In this document: piece after piece, positions 29,044 through 39,892 of the stretch
Numbering within the stretch: the first letter of the stretch is position 1
Layout of the letters: every line of letters begins with the position of its first letter
DNA from: a bacterium
GTDB lineage: Bacteria; SAR324; NAC60-12
DNA: 64,000 bases
Direction: 5' to 3'
NCBI GenBank assembly: GCA_965209155.1
Contig: OZ242383.1
Coordinates: 3,200,001 to 3,264,000, forward strand
Program-made: the position numbers and the translations under genes
Notes under the pieces: model-generated
The model's input: only the letters and a program-made list of their open reading frames with translations
Database searches by the model: none
Told to the model about the DNA's origin: nothing

Positions 29044-30696
29044 TTAAAACAATTGCTTGCGTTTGTTTGAAGGAAGAATTTCAAGAGCTTCCCGGTATTT
29101 GGCGACTGTGCGCCGGGCGACTTGAATTTTGTTCTTCTCATACAAAATTTTAGTTATTTGCAGGTCGGTCAATGGAGAACGAACGTCTTCGTTATGAATC
29201 AACTGCTCGATCATATCCTTGATTCTTTTAGAAGAAACGGTTTCTCCACTTACTTGTTCAACACCACTCGTAAAAAAATACTTCAATTCAAATGTCCCTT
29301 GAGGCGTGTGTACGTATTTATTGGTTGTGACTCGACTGACGGTCGACTCGTGCACGTTGATGTCCTCCGCAACATCTTTTAAGACCAGGGGTTTCAAGTA
29401 GTGAATTCCCTTTTCAAAAAATTCCTTCTGAAATTTTAAAATGCTTTGCGTCACTCGATAGATGGTTTTTTGCCGTTGTTCGATGCTTTTCATCAGCCAT
29501 TGACCCGATTTTATTTTTTCCTGAATGTATTCCTTGGTCAGGTTTCCATCTTCTTCCATATCTTCCACTAATTTTTTATAATACCCGCTGATACGCAAAC
29601 GAGGAACACCATTGCCGTTGAGCGTCACTTTTAATCCCCCATTATTGGAGTGATATATATATGCATCAGGAATAATATAACTGTGAGAGGAAAGTTGATC
29701 GAACGCACGACCGGGCTTCGGTTCAAGAGACATGATCAGTTTGTAGGCCTCGATGACATCCTCCAGCTTTTTTTTATGACGACGCGCAATTTTTTTTATA
29801 TCCTTTCTCTCCAGTAGGATCATATCTTGTTTCACCATCGCAGAACATAAGGAATCCTCCATTCCCAGAAGTTCCAGTTGCACCAGTAGACATTCTTGTA
29901 AATTCCGAGCACCAATACCCGGAGGATCGAATTGCTGAATAAGATTTAGAATTTTATTGGCGAAACAAGCAGCATCGGGACTGATTTGCAGTACATTTTC
30001 GTCTTTTAATTGAATCGGTTGATTGTTCAATGCTAAAGCTATTTTATTTTTTGAATTTTTATCGTTATGGAGAACGTTTTGGTCATGGTTGTCCAACCAG
30101 AGGGGGTCGTATCGGGATAGGTCCTGAACGTGTTTGACTACCCAAGTTTCGATTGCTTCAAGCAACTGTGGATTGGCTTCAAACAATTCCCGAATTGTGA
30201 GACTGAGATAGCCATCCTCACTGATATTACCGATGATGTGAGTCCCTAACTCGCGTTCAATGGCTTCGAGAGGAAGCATGTCCAGCTGCCACAACAAATG
30301 GTCCCAAAGCGTTTGACTTTCAGCCAGGGTGGTTTCAATGGGAAGATAATTGTCTTCCCCATAGTTTTGGCGCGAATCGGTACCCCCAAATTCGACATAC
30401 TGCTGCCAGTCGACATCCAATTCCAGAGATTCTTTTTGGATTTCTTTTGCGCTTTCAAAAGATTCTGGTTCCTCTGATATTTCTGGGGAATCCGTTTCGT
30501 ACAATTCTGCTTCCGGATTCGGATCCGTGTCAATATCGATCCCTTCTTCCAACACCGGATTTTCAATCAGAGATTGGTCGATCAACTCTTCCAGTTCCGT
30601 CCTGGACAATTGCAGCAATTTGATCGCCTGTTGCAATTGAGGAGTCATGATCAACTGTTGGGAAAGGCGCATTTGCAGCTTCATTTCCATAGCCAT
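29044..30696 (-). CDS. rpoN: RNA polymerase sigma-54 factor
   Basis: MTPQLQQAIKLLQL, HESTVSR and RpoN box ARRTVAKYR. Confidence 0.97.
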   Translation of the reverse strand: MAMEMKLQMRLSQQLIMTPQLQQAIKLLQLSRTELEELIDQSLIENPVLEEGIDIDTDPNPEAELYETDSPEISEEPESFESAKEIQKESLELDVDWQQYVEFGGTDSRQNYGEDNYLPIETTLAESQTLWDHLLWQLDMLPLEAIERELGTHIIGNISEDGYLSLTIRELFEANPQLLEAIETWVVKHVQDLSRYDPLWLDNHDQNVLHNDKNSKNKIALALNNQPIQLKDENVLQISPDAACFANKILNLIQQFDPPGIGARNLQECLLVQLELLGMEDSLCSAMVKQDMILLERKDIKKIARRHKKKLEDVIEAYKLIMSLEPKPGRAFDQLSSHSYIIPDAYIYHSNNGGLKVTLNGNGVPRLRISGYYKKLVEDMEEDGNLTKEYIQEKIKSGQWLMKSIEQRQKTIYRVTQSILKFQKEFFEKGIHYLKPLVLKDVAEDINVHESTVSRVTTNKYVHTPQGTFELKYFFTSGVEQVSGETVSSKRIKDMIEQLIHNEDVRSPLTDLQITKILYEKNKIQVARRTVAKYREALEILPSNKRKQLF

Positions 30697-30785
30697 GGGT
30701 CCATTTTCTCAAATGAATTCAGTTTTATTAAACCTTCATATGTTGGCACAGAAAATCTCATAATGAAAGTCAATAATCATAGCAT

Positions 30786-31508
30786 TTATATCGAGAACAA
30801 ATCTCCCAGGTAAACCTTGCGCGCCTGTTCGTTTTGCATCAATTCCTCCGGAGTGCCTTGTGCCATGAGCCTCCCTTCATTCATGATATATCCGCGGTCG
30901 ATAATGCCAAATGTTTCTCTGACGTTATGATCCGTGAGCAACACCCCGATGTTTTTCTCTTTCAAGTGGCGGATTATTTTTTGAATATCCAACACCGCAA
31001 TAGGATCGACGCCGGCAAAAGGTTCATCAAGTAAAATAAATGAGGGATCAATCACCAAAGATCGGGCAATTTCCGCCCTCCGGCTCTCACCTCCAGAGAG
31101 TGCATAGCCCTTCAGTTGCCGGATATGGGCAATTCCCAGTTCATTCAACAACTCTTCCAAACGCGCTTGTTTTTCCGCTTTTGCCATTTTTACCAATTCC
31201 ATCACTGCCAGCAAATTCTGTTCCACTGTCAACTTGCGAAATATCGAACGCTCTTGGGGAAGATATCCTATTCCAATCCGTGCCCGACGGTCCATCGCCA
31301 TATGAGTGATATCGTGATTGTCAAAAATGATCTGCCCGGCATCCGGGTGGATTATACCAATGATCATGTAAAAAGAGGTGGTTTTTCCTGCCCCGTTCGG
31401 ACCCAGTAACCCCACGACATCTCCCTGTTTGACTTCAATAGAAATCCCTTTCACCACGTGGCGGCTTTTGAAGGTTTTTTTCAGTCCTTTGGCAATCAAG
31501 GTTTTCAT
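30786..31508 (-). CDS. lptB: LPS export ABC ATPase
   Basis: [21 protein letters not shown] and TDHNVRET motifs; upstream of rpoN. Confidence 0.96.
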   Translation of the reverse strand: MKTLIAKGLKKTFKSRHVVKGISIEVKQGDVVGLLGPNGAGKTTSFYMIIGIIHPDAGQIIFDNHDITHMAMDRRARIGIGYLPQERSIFRKLTVEQNLLAVMELVKMAKAEKQARLEELLNELGIAHIRQLKGYALSGGESRRAEIARSLVIDPSFILLDEPFAGVDPIAVLDIQKIIRHLKEKNIGVLLTDHNVRETFGIIDRGYIMNEGRLMAQGTPEELMQNEQARKVYLGDLFSI

Positions 31509-31591
31509 AGCATTCTTACTGGGAAAAAAACATTGGAAAGAATTTAGCCATTAAATAATCTTTTTTATATCAGTGTCTTAATCTAACTTGA

Positions 31592-32449
31592 TCAGTTCAT
31601 GGAATGTCGGAAAATATCTTCAAATCCTTCACGAAAAGAGGGGAACCGGAGAGAGTAATTCAATTCATGCAAGAGCCTGTGGTTGGAAATCAAGCGTTTA
31701 TTATTTCCGGAGTTTCTATGGCTGTCTTGTTCATTTTCTTGATCAAGAAACGCCCATCCTGCAGAAAGCTTTAGTGATTTTTTTTTCTGGAACCATTCGA
31801 AGATTTCGTACGAAGGACAGGGAAAATTATCGACGGCATTCAGGCAACGCGGCGCATCCTTTGTTTTTACGAGCAAATTCACGATAGAGGCAAGATCTAC
31901 CACATGAATGCGGTGGACGGGACGTTTGCTCCGGGAGATGGTTTTTCCGTCCAATACACGCTGCGCAATATTTCGTTCGGGTCCGTAAATACCTCCGGGA
32001 CGGATGATGAATAAATCAAAATATTGGTCCAATACTTTTTCAGTTGTCAATCGCAGAATACCAGCAGGGCGGTCGGGCTCAAAGAAATCCGATTCCTGCC
32101 ACAGTCGGTTTTGATCGGGATAAACACTGCTCGAAGAAATGTAGACCATTCGTTTTAATTGCGGACGATTCAGCCTCATCCATTCTGACCATTGAATAAG
32201 CCTTGCTGTTTCTACTCGAGGATCTTTTAAAACGGGAGGGATCGTCAAAATCAAGACCGCCGCTTTTTCAGGTAAATTCCCCCAGGTTTGAGGATTTTCC
32301 CATTGAAAGTTCAGGTAAAGGGAAGGAGTACTATAAAGACTCGAAGAAGGCCTGCGATGATAAGTTCCCCAGGCAATACTTCGCATTGCCTGTTTGCAAA
32401 GTTGATTGCCTGAATACCCCAAGCCCAGGATTCCCATGGATGACAGCAT
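31592..32449 (-). CDS. Atypical SDR / NAD-dependent epimerase family protein
   Basis: GLGYSG, YISSSSVY, GIYGPER and RIHVVD motifs. Confidence 0.75.
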   Translation of the reverse strand: MLSSMGILGLGYSGNQLCKQAMRSIAWGTYHRRPSSSLYSTPSLYLNFQWENPQTWGNLPEKAAVLILTIPPVLKDPRVETARLIQWSEWMRLNRPQLKRMVYISSSSVYPDQNRLWQESDFFEPDRPAGILRLTTEKVLDQYFDLFIIRPGGIYGPERNIAQRVLDGKTISRSKRPVHRIHVVDLASIVNLLVKTKDAPRCLNAVDNFPCPSYEIFEWFQKKKSLKLSAGWAFLDQENEQDSHRNSGNNKRLISNHRLLHELNYSLRFPSFREGFEDIFRHSMN

Positions 32450-32519
32450 GTCTGTATTCTAAGCTGGAAAAAACTGTTTACGGGATACCGTTCTTTTTTC
32501 CACCCATTGAAAGGATGTG

Positions 32520-33119
32520 TCAACTTTCGGGTGGTTGTGAAGCAGGATTGTTTTTTTCTTTTTGTCGACTCAACCAATCACCGAGGAACAATTGATGAGC
32601 TTGTGCCATTTGGTAGTCTTGCTCCAGGATAAACTGTTGCAGAAAAGGAGAAACCGTCACAAAGAGATGATCTTGCCACCCTTCGGTTTTTTGCATGGGG
32701 ACTTCATAAAAAATGTCTCCGACGCCGACTTGCCTCTGAATCGATAGATGGTTCATCACGTAACCGGACGCCACAAACGTCAAATCCACGCGAACCGCCT
32801 TCCAATCAAAAGGGATGGTAAATCTTCCTTCTGAATCCGGAAATATCAGTCGTGCTTGTGGAAAGTAAATTGTTTGAGCTTCAGCGGTCTCGACGAATTG
32901 GGAATAATAAGTGCGAACAATGATAAATCCTTGCCGGGCTAATTCATTTCCTTCCTCATACAGCATGGTTCCATTCACTTGCCGGGTATACCATCCCCAT
33001 TGAAAATCCACCTGAGGGGAAAAGCAACCGGTTTGTATAAAAAGGGGGGCCAGCATGAAAAAGACGATCCATTTTCCAGGATAAAAGTCGTTCTTGGTTG
33101 CGATTTCTGGCTGTGGCAT
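32520..33119 (-). CDS. Hypothetical protein, possible lipoprotein
   Basis: ORF between the NAD kinase and SDR genes; hydrophobic stretch ending QTGC. Confidence 0.55.
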   Translation of the reverse strand: MPQPEIATKNDFYPGKWIVFFMLAPLFIQTGCFSPQVDFQWGWYTRQVNGTMLYEEGNELARQGFIIVRTYYSQFVETAEAQTIYFPQARLIFPDSEGRFTIPFDWKAVRVDLTFVASGYVMNHLSIQRQVGVGDIFYEVPMQKTEGWQDHLFVTVSPFLQQFILEQDYQMAQAHQLFLGDWLSRQKEKNNPASQPPES

Positions 33120-33135
33120 GGTACGGATTCCTTTT

Positions 33136-33930
33136 TTATTCCCAGGAAAGACGTGAAGAGAGATTCCGAAAAAAATAATGTTTTTCAGGAAAAACCAATT
33201 GGACACGCTGTTTTGCTTCGCTAATAAATAGCTCGTTATGAATTGCCAGTGGAATTTTATTTTTACCATCAATTGAAAGATAAATTTCCTGTTCCTTGGT
33301 TTGGGGCGTAATGACAAGCCGGATATTCGCATCGTGGTTGAGCACCAAGTGACGGGATGTAAAATTGTGTTCGTTCAATCCTGCCAGAATCAAACAGCGT
33401 ATTTCCGGCATAACGATTGGAGACCCTGCCGAAAGCAAGTAAGCCGTGCTTCCCGTGGGCGTGCCCACAATGACACCATCTCCCCAGATATGGCGTACAT
33501 GGGCTTCATTAACAAAACAGTCTACCGAAACTAAGCGATTGATACCTTTAATCACCATTTCATTGATTGCATGAAAACGATTACTACCATAGTGACATTC
33601 CAAGGTGGAGCGCTCACTGATGAAACACTGATTGTTGAGAAACTTTTCCAGGATGGTTACCATTTCCTCCCGGTTCCCGGCAGTGAGGAATCCGATAGTG
33701 CCAAAATTGAATGCCAAAACAGGACAGACAGGAAATTGACCCAATACATGCAACACAGTTCCGTCACCTCCAATCGTGATGATGAGATCCAGGTCTTTGC
33801 CAGGGGAAATGTCCCAACTGAGTAACGTTGTTTCAATCTGATGAGAAGCGAACCAGTCTTGTAAAAATTGGCTGACTTCCTGATGGAGTTTGTGGTCTAT
33901 AAACAATCCGACTGTTTTCAGATCAAACAT
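33136..33930 (-). CDS. nadK: NAD(+) kinase
   Basis: IGGDGT, GTIGFL, AINE and TPTGSTAY motifs. Confidence 0.93.
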   Translation of the reverse strand: MFDLKTVGLFIDHKLHQEVSQFLQDWFASHQIETTLLSWDISPGKDLDLIITIGGDGTVLHVLGQFPVCPVLAFNFGTIGFLTAGNREEMVTILEKFLNNQCFISERSTLECHYGSNRFHAINEMVIKGINRLVSVDCFVNEAHVRHIWGDGVIVGTPTGSTAYLLSAGSPIVMPEIRCLILAGLNEHNFTSRHLVLNHDANIRLVITPQTKEQEIYLSIDGKNKIPLAIHNELFISEAKQRVQLVFPEKHYFFRNLSSRLSWE

Positions 33931-34339
33931 TCTTTAATTATATACCCTCTCCAAAAATAAAATCGATTCTACGATTTTCCGTCATAAAAAATGTCGTGTG
34001 GACTATCGACATGGAATTTCTCAGAAAAATATGTTAGTTTGTTTTTCCTTTTAAATTGTCATTTGAATAAAAACTCTGTTACTGCTCAAATATCAGTTGG
34101 GAAAGCGCCTTTCCATTGCCATTTTTTACCAGTGACGCAATCATACGAATTTGAAGAAAATATTTTTATCCAATCCTGAGATGGCAAATCATTGAAAATA
34201 CTATTTGTTCTTAAACACAGGGAAAATTAATTCAAATTTCCGGCAGTCCATAGAATAAATTATACAATTCTGAGACAATGATCAATGTTGGAATCAAGTG
34301 ATAACAGAATAATGTACAGGCTTTGAGAGGGATTTTAAA

Positions 34340-35002
34340 GTGACACCGCGACGTAATACCTGGCAGATTTTGATAGGTTGCTTACTTGTTCTTTCCGCAT
34401 GTTCGGAATTTCAGGGCTACATTGATCCGAATCCAGGTCCACATTTATATAAAAACGTAGCAATGATTGTGTCAAAATCCACTAACTCCGTAGAAACAGC
34501 TTTGCTCGAGGAGGTGACGCAAAGAGTGGAACAACGACTCATCAATTTTTCAAATTTTTCAGGATTTTATTCCAAGTCTCAGACACTGTCTTTCATCCAG
34601 CAAAACCTCCACCTTCAAATGCAAATGAACGAATTTGAATCAACATTTGTATTGACCGGGATTTCAGATAAAAATATTACTGCTCAGTTCGGCAAAGCAC
34701 TCCAAGTGGAGCAATTGTTTGTGATTCAAGTGGACGAACTTCCTTGTTCAGGGTGTGATGCGGGCAAGCAGCTGCTTATCAAATTCAATTTGGTTGACGT
34801 ATTCACAGGGACCTTGTTGTGGAGGGGAAGAATTCTTAAAGAGTTGGTTGTGGACGATATGGAATCGTCTGTTTTCAGAACTGTGGTGATGCAATCGGTC
34901 GACCTGATGCTGGATGAATTCACAAATAACTTCAAAGCTTCAGATCAGAGCTGGATAACAAAAAATTTTAAAAAAATGGGTTCGCTTTTCGATATATTTT
35001 AA
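34340..35002 (+). CDS. Hypothetical lipoprotein
   Basis: LSAC lipobox; 220 aa. Confidence 0.6.
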   Translation: MTPRRNTWQILIGCLLVLSACSEFQGYIDPNPGPHLYKNVAMIVSKSTNSVETALLEEVTQRVEQRLINFSNFSGFYSKSQTLSFIQQNLHLQMQMNEFESTFVLTGISDKNITAQFGKALQVEQLFVIQVDELPCSGCDAGKQLLIKFNLVDVFTGTLLWRGRILKELVVDDMESSVFRTVVMQSVDLMLDEFTNNFKASDQSWITKNFKKMGSLFDIF

Positions 35003-35047
35003 TTCACTCGAATTTCGACAACTCATTACTTATGTTCCACGTAATTC

Positions 35048-36442
35048 TCATTTGAGACACAACGTGTCCAAACAGGCGTAACCACCAGAAACTCCCCCTT
35101 CATTTTGATGAGCCGCTTTGGTGCGAACCAGAAAACCTACGTCACGATTTTGTAAGATAACCCTGTCTTCTGCCAGACATACGCCATATCGACCAATTTC
35201 GCTAACTGCTTCGGTTTCTTGAAGCTGACCATCCATCAGCATAGACGCTTGATGGGGAACAGGATATATCCGTTCCATTAAAATGTATGCCCGGGAAGAT
35301 TCCTCATCCAGAGACTGGAGTTTTCCAATCATGTCACGGCCATAGAAATTATTCCCTCCTCCTTCCCGCTGAGGTTTGAGTACAAAGTTGTCGGGAAAAT
35401 GACAAGCCGCTTGACTTGCAGTTTGATATTCCCCGTTTATTCGAATCATTTCATCCAATAGATATAAACCGACGAATGTAGACTCAATTTGTCCGGCGCA
35501 GTCCTCATCGACAAAATTATGCAGAACTTTCGGTGTGGAAAGCGCTTGTTGGATTTTTTTCAATCCTGCCAATTGCATAGCTATACCGGGGACTGCAATG
35601 GTAGAAGATGCTTCTATCAATCTCCTGGCTTTCCAAGCTTCTGGCGTAGGATAATCATTGGGAGTATATCCTGCCCGGAAATAAGTCACCGCAGCTATTT
35701 TGCCGTATACCATCAGATGTCCCTGCTTGAGATAACCTTCTTGGGCCACTTCCTCCAAGGACATACGAATGGTAAGAATACCAAATTCATCCCACAGTTG
35801 GTATTCTCCTCCTCGCTGATCAAAAACGTTTCGTTCTCTGGTTTGTACTATGGTTAACAGACAACATCGAGGCGCATCATAGCGTCTGAACGCCTCTGCT
35901 ATGATTGCCACGATACCGCTGATTGGATCATTATCGACCAGTGTTTTTTCTCTACCCAGAATCCCATTCAAAAAATGGTGCAAGCGACTCATTTGACTGC
36001 TGAGATAGGGATAACTTGCAGCAATGGCATTGAATTCCACCTGCTTAGGTATTGGTAAATCGGAAGCACCCGACCTCGTACTGAGCAAGAAATCATTGCG
36101 GTTGATCAGCAGTTGAATGGATTGCGTTTTCCTGCTATCGATAAGGACGGATAGCAACTCCTTCACAAATATGTCGGTTCGTGCGGTAGCAGCTAAAGAT
36201 TCATGTAAAAATCTTTCATCCTCAGAAACCTTGAACATCAGAGTATTGAACAAGGGAGTCAAAAAAATGATTTGCTCCAGGACGTCCTTTGAGATTTCGC
36301 AAGGTGACATCGTAAATGGCGCGTGCTTCAGTTCAAATCGCTGATTGAGCTTGATCAATCCATTTGTCAATGCAAAATCTATAGCTTCTTGAACTGTTTG
36401 TCGCATGATGGTTATCTGATCTCCCATAAAATAAACTGTCAT
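35048..36442 (-). CDS. Eukaryote-type glutathione synthetase
   Basis: RNDF, KQVEFN, ERNVFDQ, YFRAGYTP, QLAGLKKIQQ, VLKPQREGGGNN, YILMERI and EGGVSGG motifs. Confidence 0.9.
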   Translation of the reverse strand: MTVYFMGDQITIMRQTVQEAIDFALTNGLIKLNQRFELKHAPFTMSPCEISKDVLEQIIFLTPLFNTLMFKVSEDERFLHESLAATARTDIFVKELLSVLIDSRKTQSIQLLINRNDFLLSTRSGASDLPIPKQVEFNAIAASYPYLSSQMSRLHHFLNGILGREKTLVDNDPISGIVAIIAEAFRRYDAPRCCLLTIVQTRERNVFDQRGGEYQLWDEFGILTIRMSLEEVAQEGYLKQGHLMVYGKIAAVTYFRAGYTPNDYPTPEAWKARRLIEASSTIAVPGIAMQLAGLKKIQQALSTPKVLHNFVDEDCAGQIESTFVGLYLLDEMIRINGEYQTASQAACHFPDNFVLKPQREGGGNNFYGRDMIGKLQSLDEESSRAYILMERIYPVPHQASMLMDGQLQETEAVSEIGRYGVCLAEDRVILQNRDVGFLVRTKAAHQNEGGVSGGYACLDTLCLK

Positions 36443-37157
36443 GATTTAGAGAAGCATTGTCTTTAGCGGGAGCATCTTTGAAGACCCATTTGCAAGCCTT
36501 GTCATATAGCAGTTGCTCCTTTCTGTCACGAAAAGTATGAGAAATATCTCACGAGTTTAGTGTTGCCAAAAACATTACGAATTTATGGTTCAAAATGAAT
36601 TGAAATTAGAGCAGAACGTGCTCAATTTCAAATTTTTATTATCAGAGTCTTAAATGCTCACGAGTTTGGTTTCTATCGTCGCATTTGTCGTTTCATGCTT
36701 CCGGAAACCACCCTCTTTGCTCCGCATTACATGAGAAAAAAATTTTATGGCCGTATGTTTTTTTTAAAATCATTCTTCTCTGAAGAGTTGATAAGTTGGA
36801 AAAACGCGTAAAATCTTATGAGAAAATCACGACCATACAGATTGAAGTCAACATGTCTGGAATTGTTGCAATTCCAGACTCCGTAGTTTATCTTAGCATC
36901 GAAGCATGAATGAAGGGCGGAAGCATGTCGCACTTTGTTTTGGTTTGGAAATATTCCAATAATACTTGTAAAAATTCTAAAATAAAAATAAGTTAAAAAA
37001 CGGAACTCGGTAAAATCACCAATTCTCTCCTCGATCACTGATCAAATCAGATATGACAAAACCGTAGGCATCCAATAAATTTCTAAATGAGGAGATGGCT
37101 GTTGAGTTTTAAATAAGTCGGAGCTTCCCTTAAATTTCAATTATCAGGAAATCAGTT

Positions 37158-38543
37158 ATGAGAGCGTTTCTGAGCGTTGTCGTGAGAAGATATCGTTGTT
37201 TAACTGTGGTGGGAAAAACACTCATCGCGTTCATCTTTTTGATGTGTTGTATGACCCCCGCATACGCGACGGTTAACGAGGAAACCCTGTTTGTCTTCAA
37301 TACCTTCTCGTTCCTCATTTGGGGCGCATTGGTGATGTGGATGTGCGCTGGCTTCACCATGCTCGAGTCAGGTTCGGTTCGTACCAGGAATGCCTCGATG
37401 ATCTGCCTGAAAAATATCGGCCTCTACTCGATTGCAGGGCTTGCTTATTACTTCATCGGTTACAACCTCATGTACACCGATGTTGTTAATTTCATCGGTT
37501 CGTTTACATTCCTCAAAGGACCGTCGGTTGCAGAGATCGCTCTGGTGGCGGGAGAAGAAGTGGCTATCTCAGATGTGACAAAAAATGGCTATTCCACCAT
37601 GTCGGATTGGTTTTTCCAAATGGTCTTTGTGGCAACGACCGCCTCCATTGTGTCCGGTACCTTGGCTGAACGAGTGAAGCTTTGGACTTTTTTCCTCTTC
37701 ATCCTGGTGTTGACTGCTATTATTTATCCCATTGTCGGGTCATGGACATGGGGTGGTGGGTGGCTCAATGCCATGGGATTCAAAGATTTCGCCGGGTCGA
37801 CTATCGTGCACAGTACGGGTGGCTGGGCTGCTCTCGCAGGTGCGTTGGTGGTTGGACCCCGTCTCGGCAAATTCCGTAGTGACGGCACTATCAAGCCCAC
37901 ACCGCCTTCTAACATCCTCGTGGTGACCCTGGGTGTCTTCATCCTGTGGTTCGGCTGGTTTGGATTCAATGGAGGGTCGCAACTGGCGTTGGGAAGCGTT
38001 GCCGATGTGGTGGCAATGAGTCATGTGCTGGTCAACACCAACCTGGCAGCGGCAGCTGGTGTCATTGCTGCCCTTGTCTTCTCGAAACCCATCTTGGGAC
38101 GCACAGATTTGTACGCTGGTCTGAACGGAGCGATTGCGGGATTGGTCTCGATTACGGCAGCCCCCGATATTGTCGATCACTATTGGGCGATTATCATCGG
38201 TGCCGTCGGCAGTGTCTTGTGTACCGCCGGGATTAAGTTCCTGGAGAAAGCCAAAGTGGATGATGTAGTCGGGGCAGTACCCGCCCATCTTTTCGCCGGA
38301 ATTTGGGGCACCCTGGCGGTCTGCATCTCCACTGACAACAGCCGCTTTGGGGTGCAATTACTGGGTGTGGCAACAATTGGAGCGTTTGTGTTCGGAATCT
38401 CTTGGTTGTTGTGGCGCGTTTTAGATCTGGTAATGAGTGTCCGGGTGTCGCATCAAGTCGAGCGATTGGGTCAGGATATTGGGGAACTGGGAATCGAAGC
38501 CTATCCTGAATTCGTGCTCATGCCGGAAGAAGACGAGAGTTGA
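37158..38543 (+). CDS. amt: Ammonium transporter
   Basis: DFAGSTIVHSTGG, LWFGWFGFNGGS and DDVVGAVPAH motifs. Confidence 0.95.
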   Translation: MRAFLSVVVRRYRCLTVVGKTLIAFIFLMCCMTPAYATVNEETLFVFNTFSFLIWGALVMWMCAGFTMLESGSVRTRNASMICLKNIGLYSIAGLAYYFIGYNLMYTDVVNFIGSFTFLKGPSVAEIALVAGEEVAISDVTKNGYSTMSDWFFQMVFVATTASIVSGTLAERVKLWTFFLFILVLTAIIYPIVGSWTWGGGWLNAMGFKDFAGSTIVHSTGGWAALAGALVVGPRLGKFRSDGTIKPTPPSNILVVTLGVFILWFGWFGFNGGSQLALGSVADVVAMSHVLVNTNLAAAAGVIAALVFSKPILGRTDLYAGLNGAIAGLVSITAAPDIVDHYWAIIIGAVGSVLCTAGIKFLEKAKVDDVVGAVPAHLFAGIWGTLAVCISTDNSRFGVQLLGVATIGAFVFGISWLLWRVLDLVMSVRVSHQVERLGQDIGELGIEAYPEFVLMPEEDES

Positions 38544-38599
38544 AGTAGGCGGGAGTGGCTACAATGCGAGGAAGACATGAGCCGATCCATTCGATTAAT

Positions 38600-39159
38600 T
38601 AATCTCATTAAACCACCAGCTCTGCTGGTGCGAACCTAATAGGCTTTGCCGGTCAGACATGAGAAACGTATCCGTGTCCGTTAGCCGTGCTCGTGCTCGT
38701 GAACGGTCAGTGAATTCGACGGCACATTTTGGTTAACATAGAAACAATGCGATGAAGTAATTGTTTCCCTTCGTCAAATAAAGGAGGCTGGATGATCTTC
38801 AACACGTTTAAAACATCGAGAATAGCAGCGCATTCCATTGCGGAACCTCGGTCAAATGCATAGAATCGTTGCTTGTCAGGAAAGGAATTTTTTCCACAGC
38901 CTTCTGCGATATTGAGAGGAATCGACCATGAGGCCCTTTTCAGTTGGTCAACTAAGGCTGAATATCCTTTTGGCAATGTTTCGATGACTTGGACAGATAA
39001 CGCTAAAAATTCGATGGAACATTGGTATACATCGAGTTTTTCATGATCTGACATGGCAGCCTTTTTCGTTCACGAGCACGAGCACGTCTTACGATGACGA
39101 ACACGTTTTGCCCTCATTGGGGGCCTCTTCAAGCCACCGGCTCTACCGGTGGTGATGAC
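38600..39159 (+). mobile_element. IS200/IS605-ended four-helix-bundle element, copy 4 (560 bp)
   Basis: Same ends after TTAAT; 2-bp deletion near the right end; one mismatch in the right hairpin. Confidence 0.9.
38707..39054 (-). CDS. Four helix bundle protein
   Basis: Near-identical to 2459-2806. Confidence 0.9.
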   Translation of the reverse strand: MSDHEKLDVYQCSIEFLALSVQVIETLPKGYSALVDQLKRASWSIPLNIAEGCGKNSFPDKQRFYAFDRGSAMECAAILDVLNVLKIIQPPLFDEGKQLLHRIVSMLTKMCRRIH

Positions 39160-39210
39160 TTCACATACATATTTATATGAAAAACTCATAATTGTTAGGA
39201 TAAAGGACCG

Positions 39211-39549
39211 ATGCAGATTGACATAGAACGAAAAAAGGAGATCTTGATTGCGAAGGTGGATGGCCGGATTGATGGTGCCAATGCCCGCGAATTTGAGAAT
39301 ACCCTGAGTGATACGATCAGAGAAGACGACCGCAACTTGATCTTGGATCTTGAAGAACTTTCCTACATCAGTAGCGCAGGACTTCGGGTCATTTTGCTAT
39401 TCGCAAAGACTCTTCGGAAACGTGATGCGGAATTTGTACTCTGTTCGCTTTCCGATCCGATAAGGGAGGTCTTCAAGATCAGCGGCTTTGACAAAATCAT
39501 CCCGGTCCATGACACCCGGGAGGAAGCACTCGCTACCCTTGGTGGCTAG
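39211..39549 (+). CDS. STAS-domain anti-sigma factor antagonist (RsbV-like)
   Basis: GRID, YISSAGLRV and VFKISG motifs. Confidence 0.9.
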   Translation: MQIDIERKKEILIAKVDGRIDGANAREFENTLSDTIREDDRNLILDLEELSYISSAGLRVILLFAKTLRKRDAEFVLCSLSDPIREVFKISGFDKIIPVHDTREEALATLGG

Positions 39550-39892
39550 ATTCTTCTACGGATTTGTTATCCTTGAAAAAATGTCCGAGGCGCATCCGAT
39601 CGTCACCTTGCATGCGGCCTCGAATTGCTCCCACCACGGAATCGAGTTGAAATTCGCCGGACAAAATGCGCCATCCCACTAACTGCAGGAGAGCACGATT
39701 TTTGCGGGACGACTCGACCACACTAGTAGGACTGACATGTGAGATTTTACTACATGACGCAAAGTTGAAGATTTATCGTTCCTGAGGTTCCTTGAATGAA
39801 GGCCTGTTTACTTTGTTTCAGGGATGAGACAGGGAGGTTGCATCTTTGCAGTGTAGTGTCATTTATCAAAACAATTAATCCCCATTCATAAT

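Noticed and set aside
30743..30758. TGGCAC sigma54-like motif near rpoN
   Set aside because: No TTGC at the -12 position, and it points away from rpoN.
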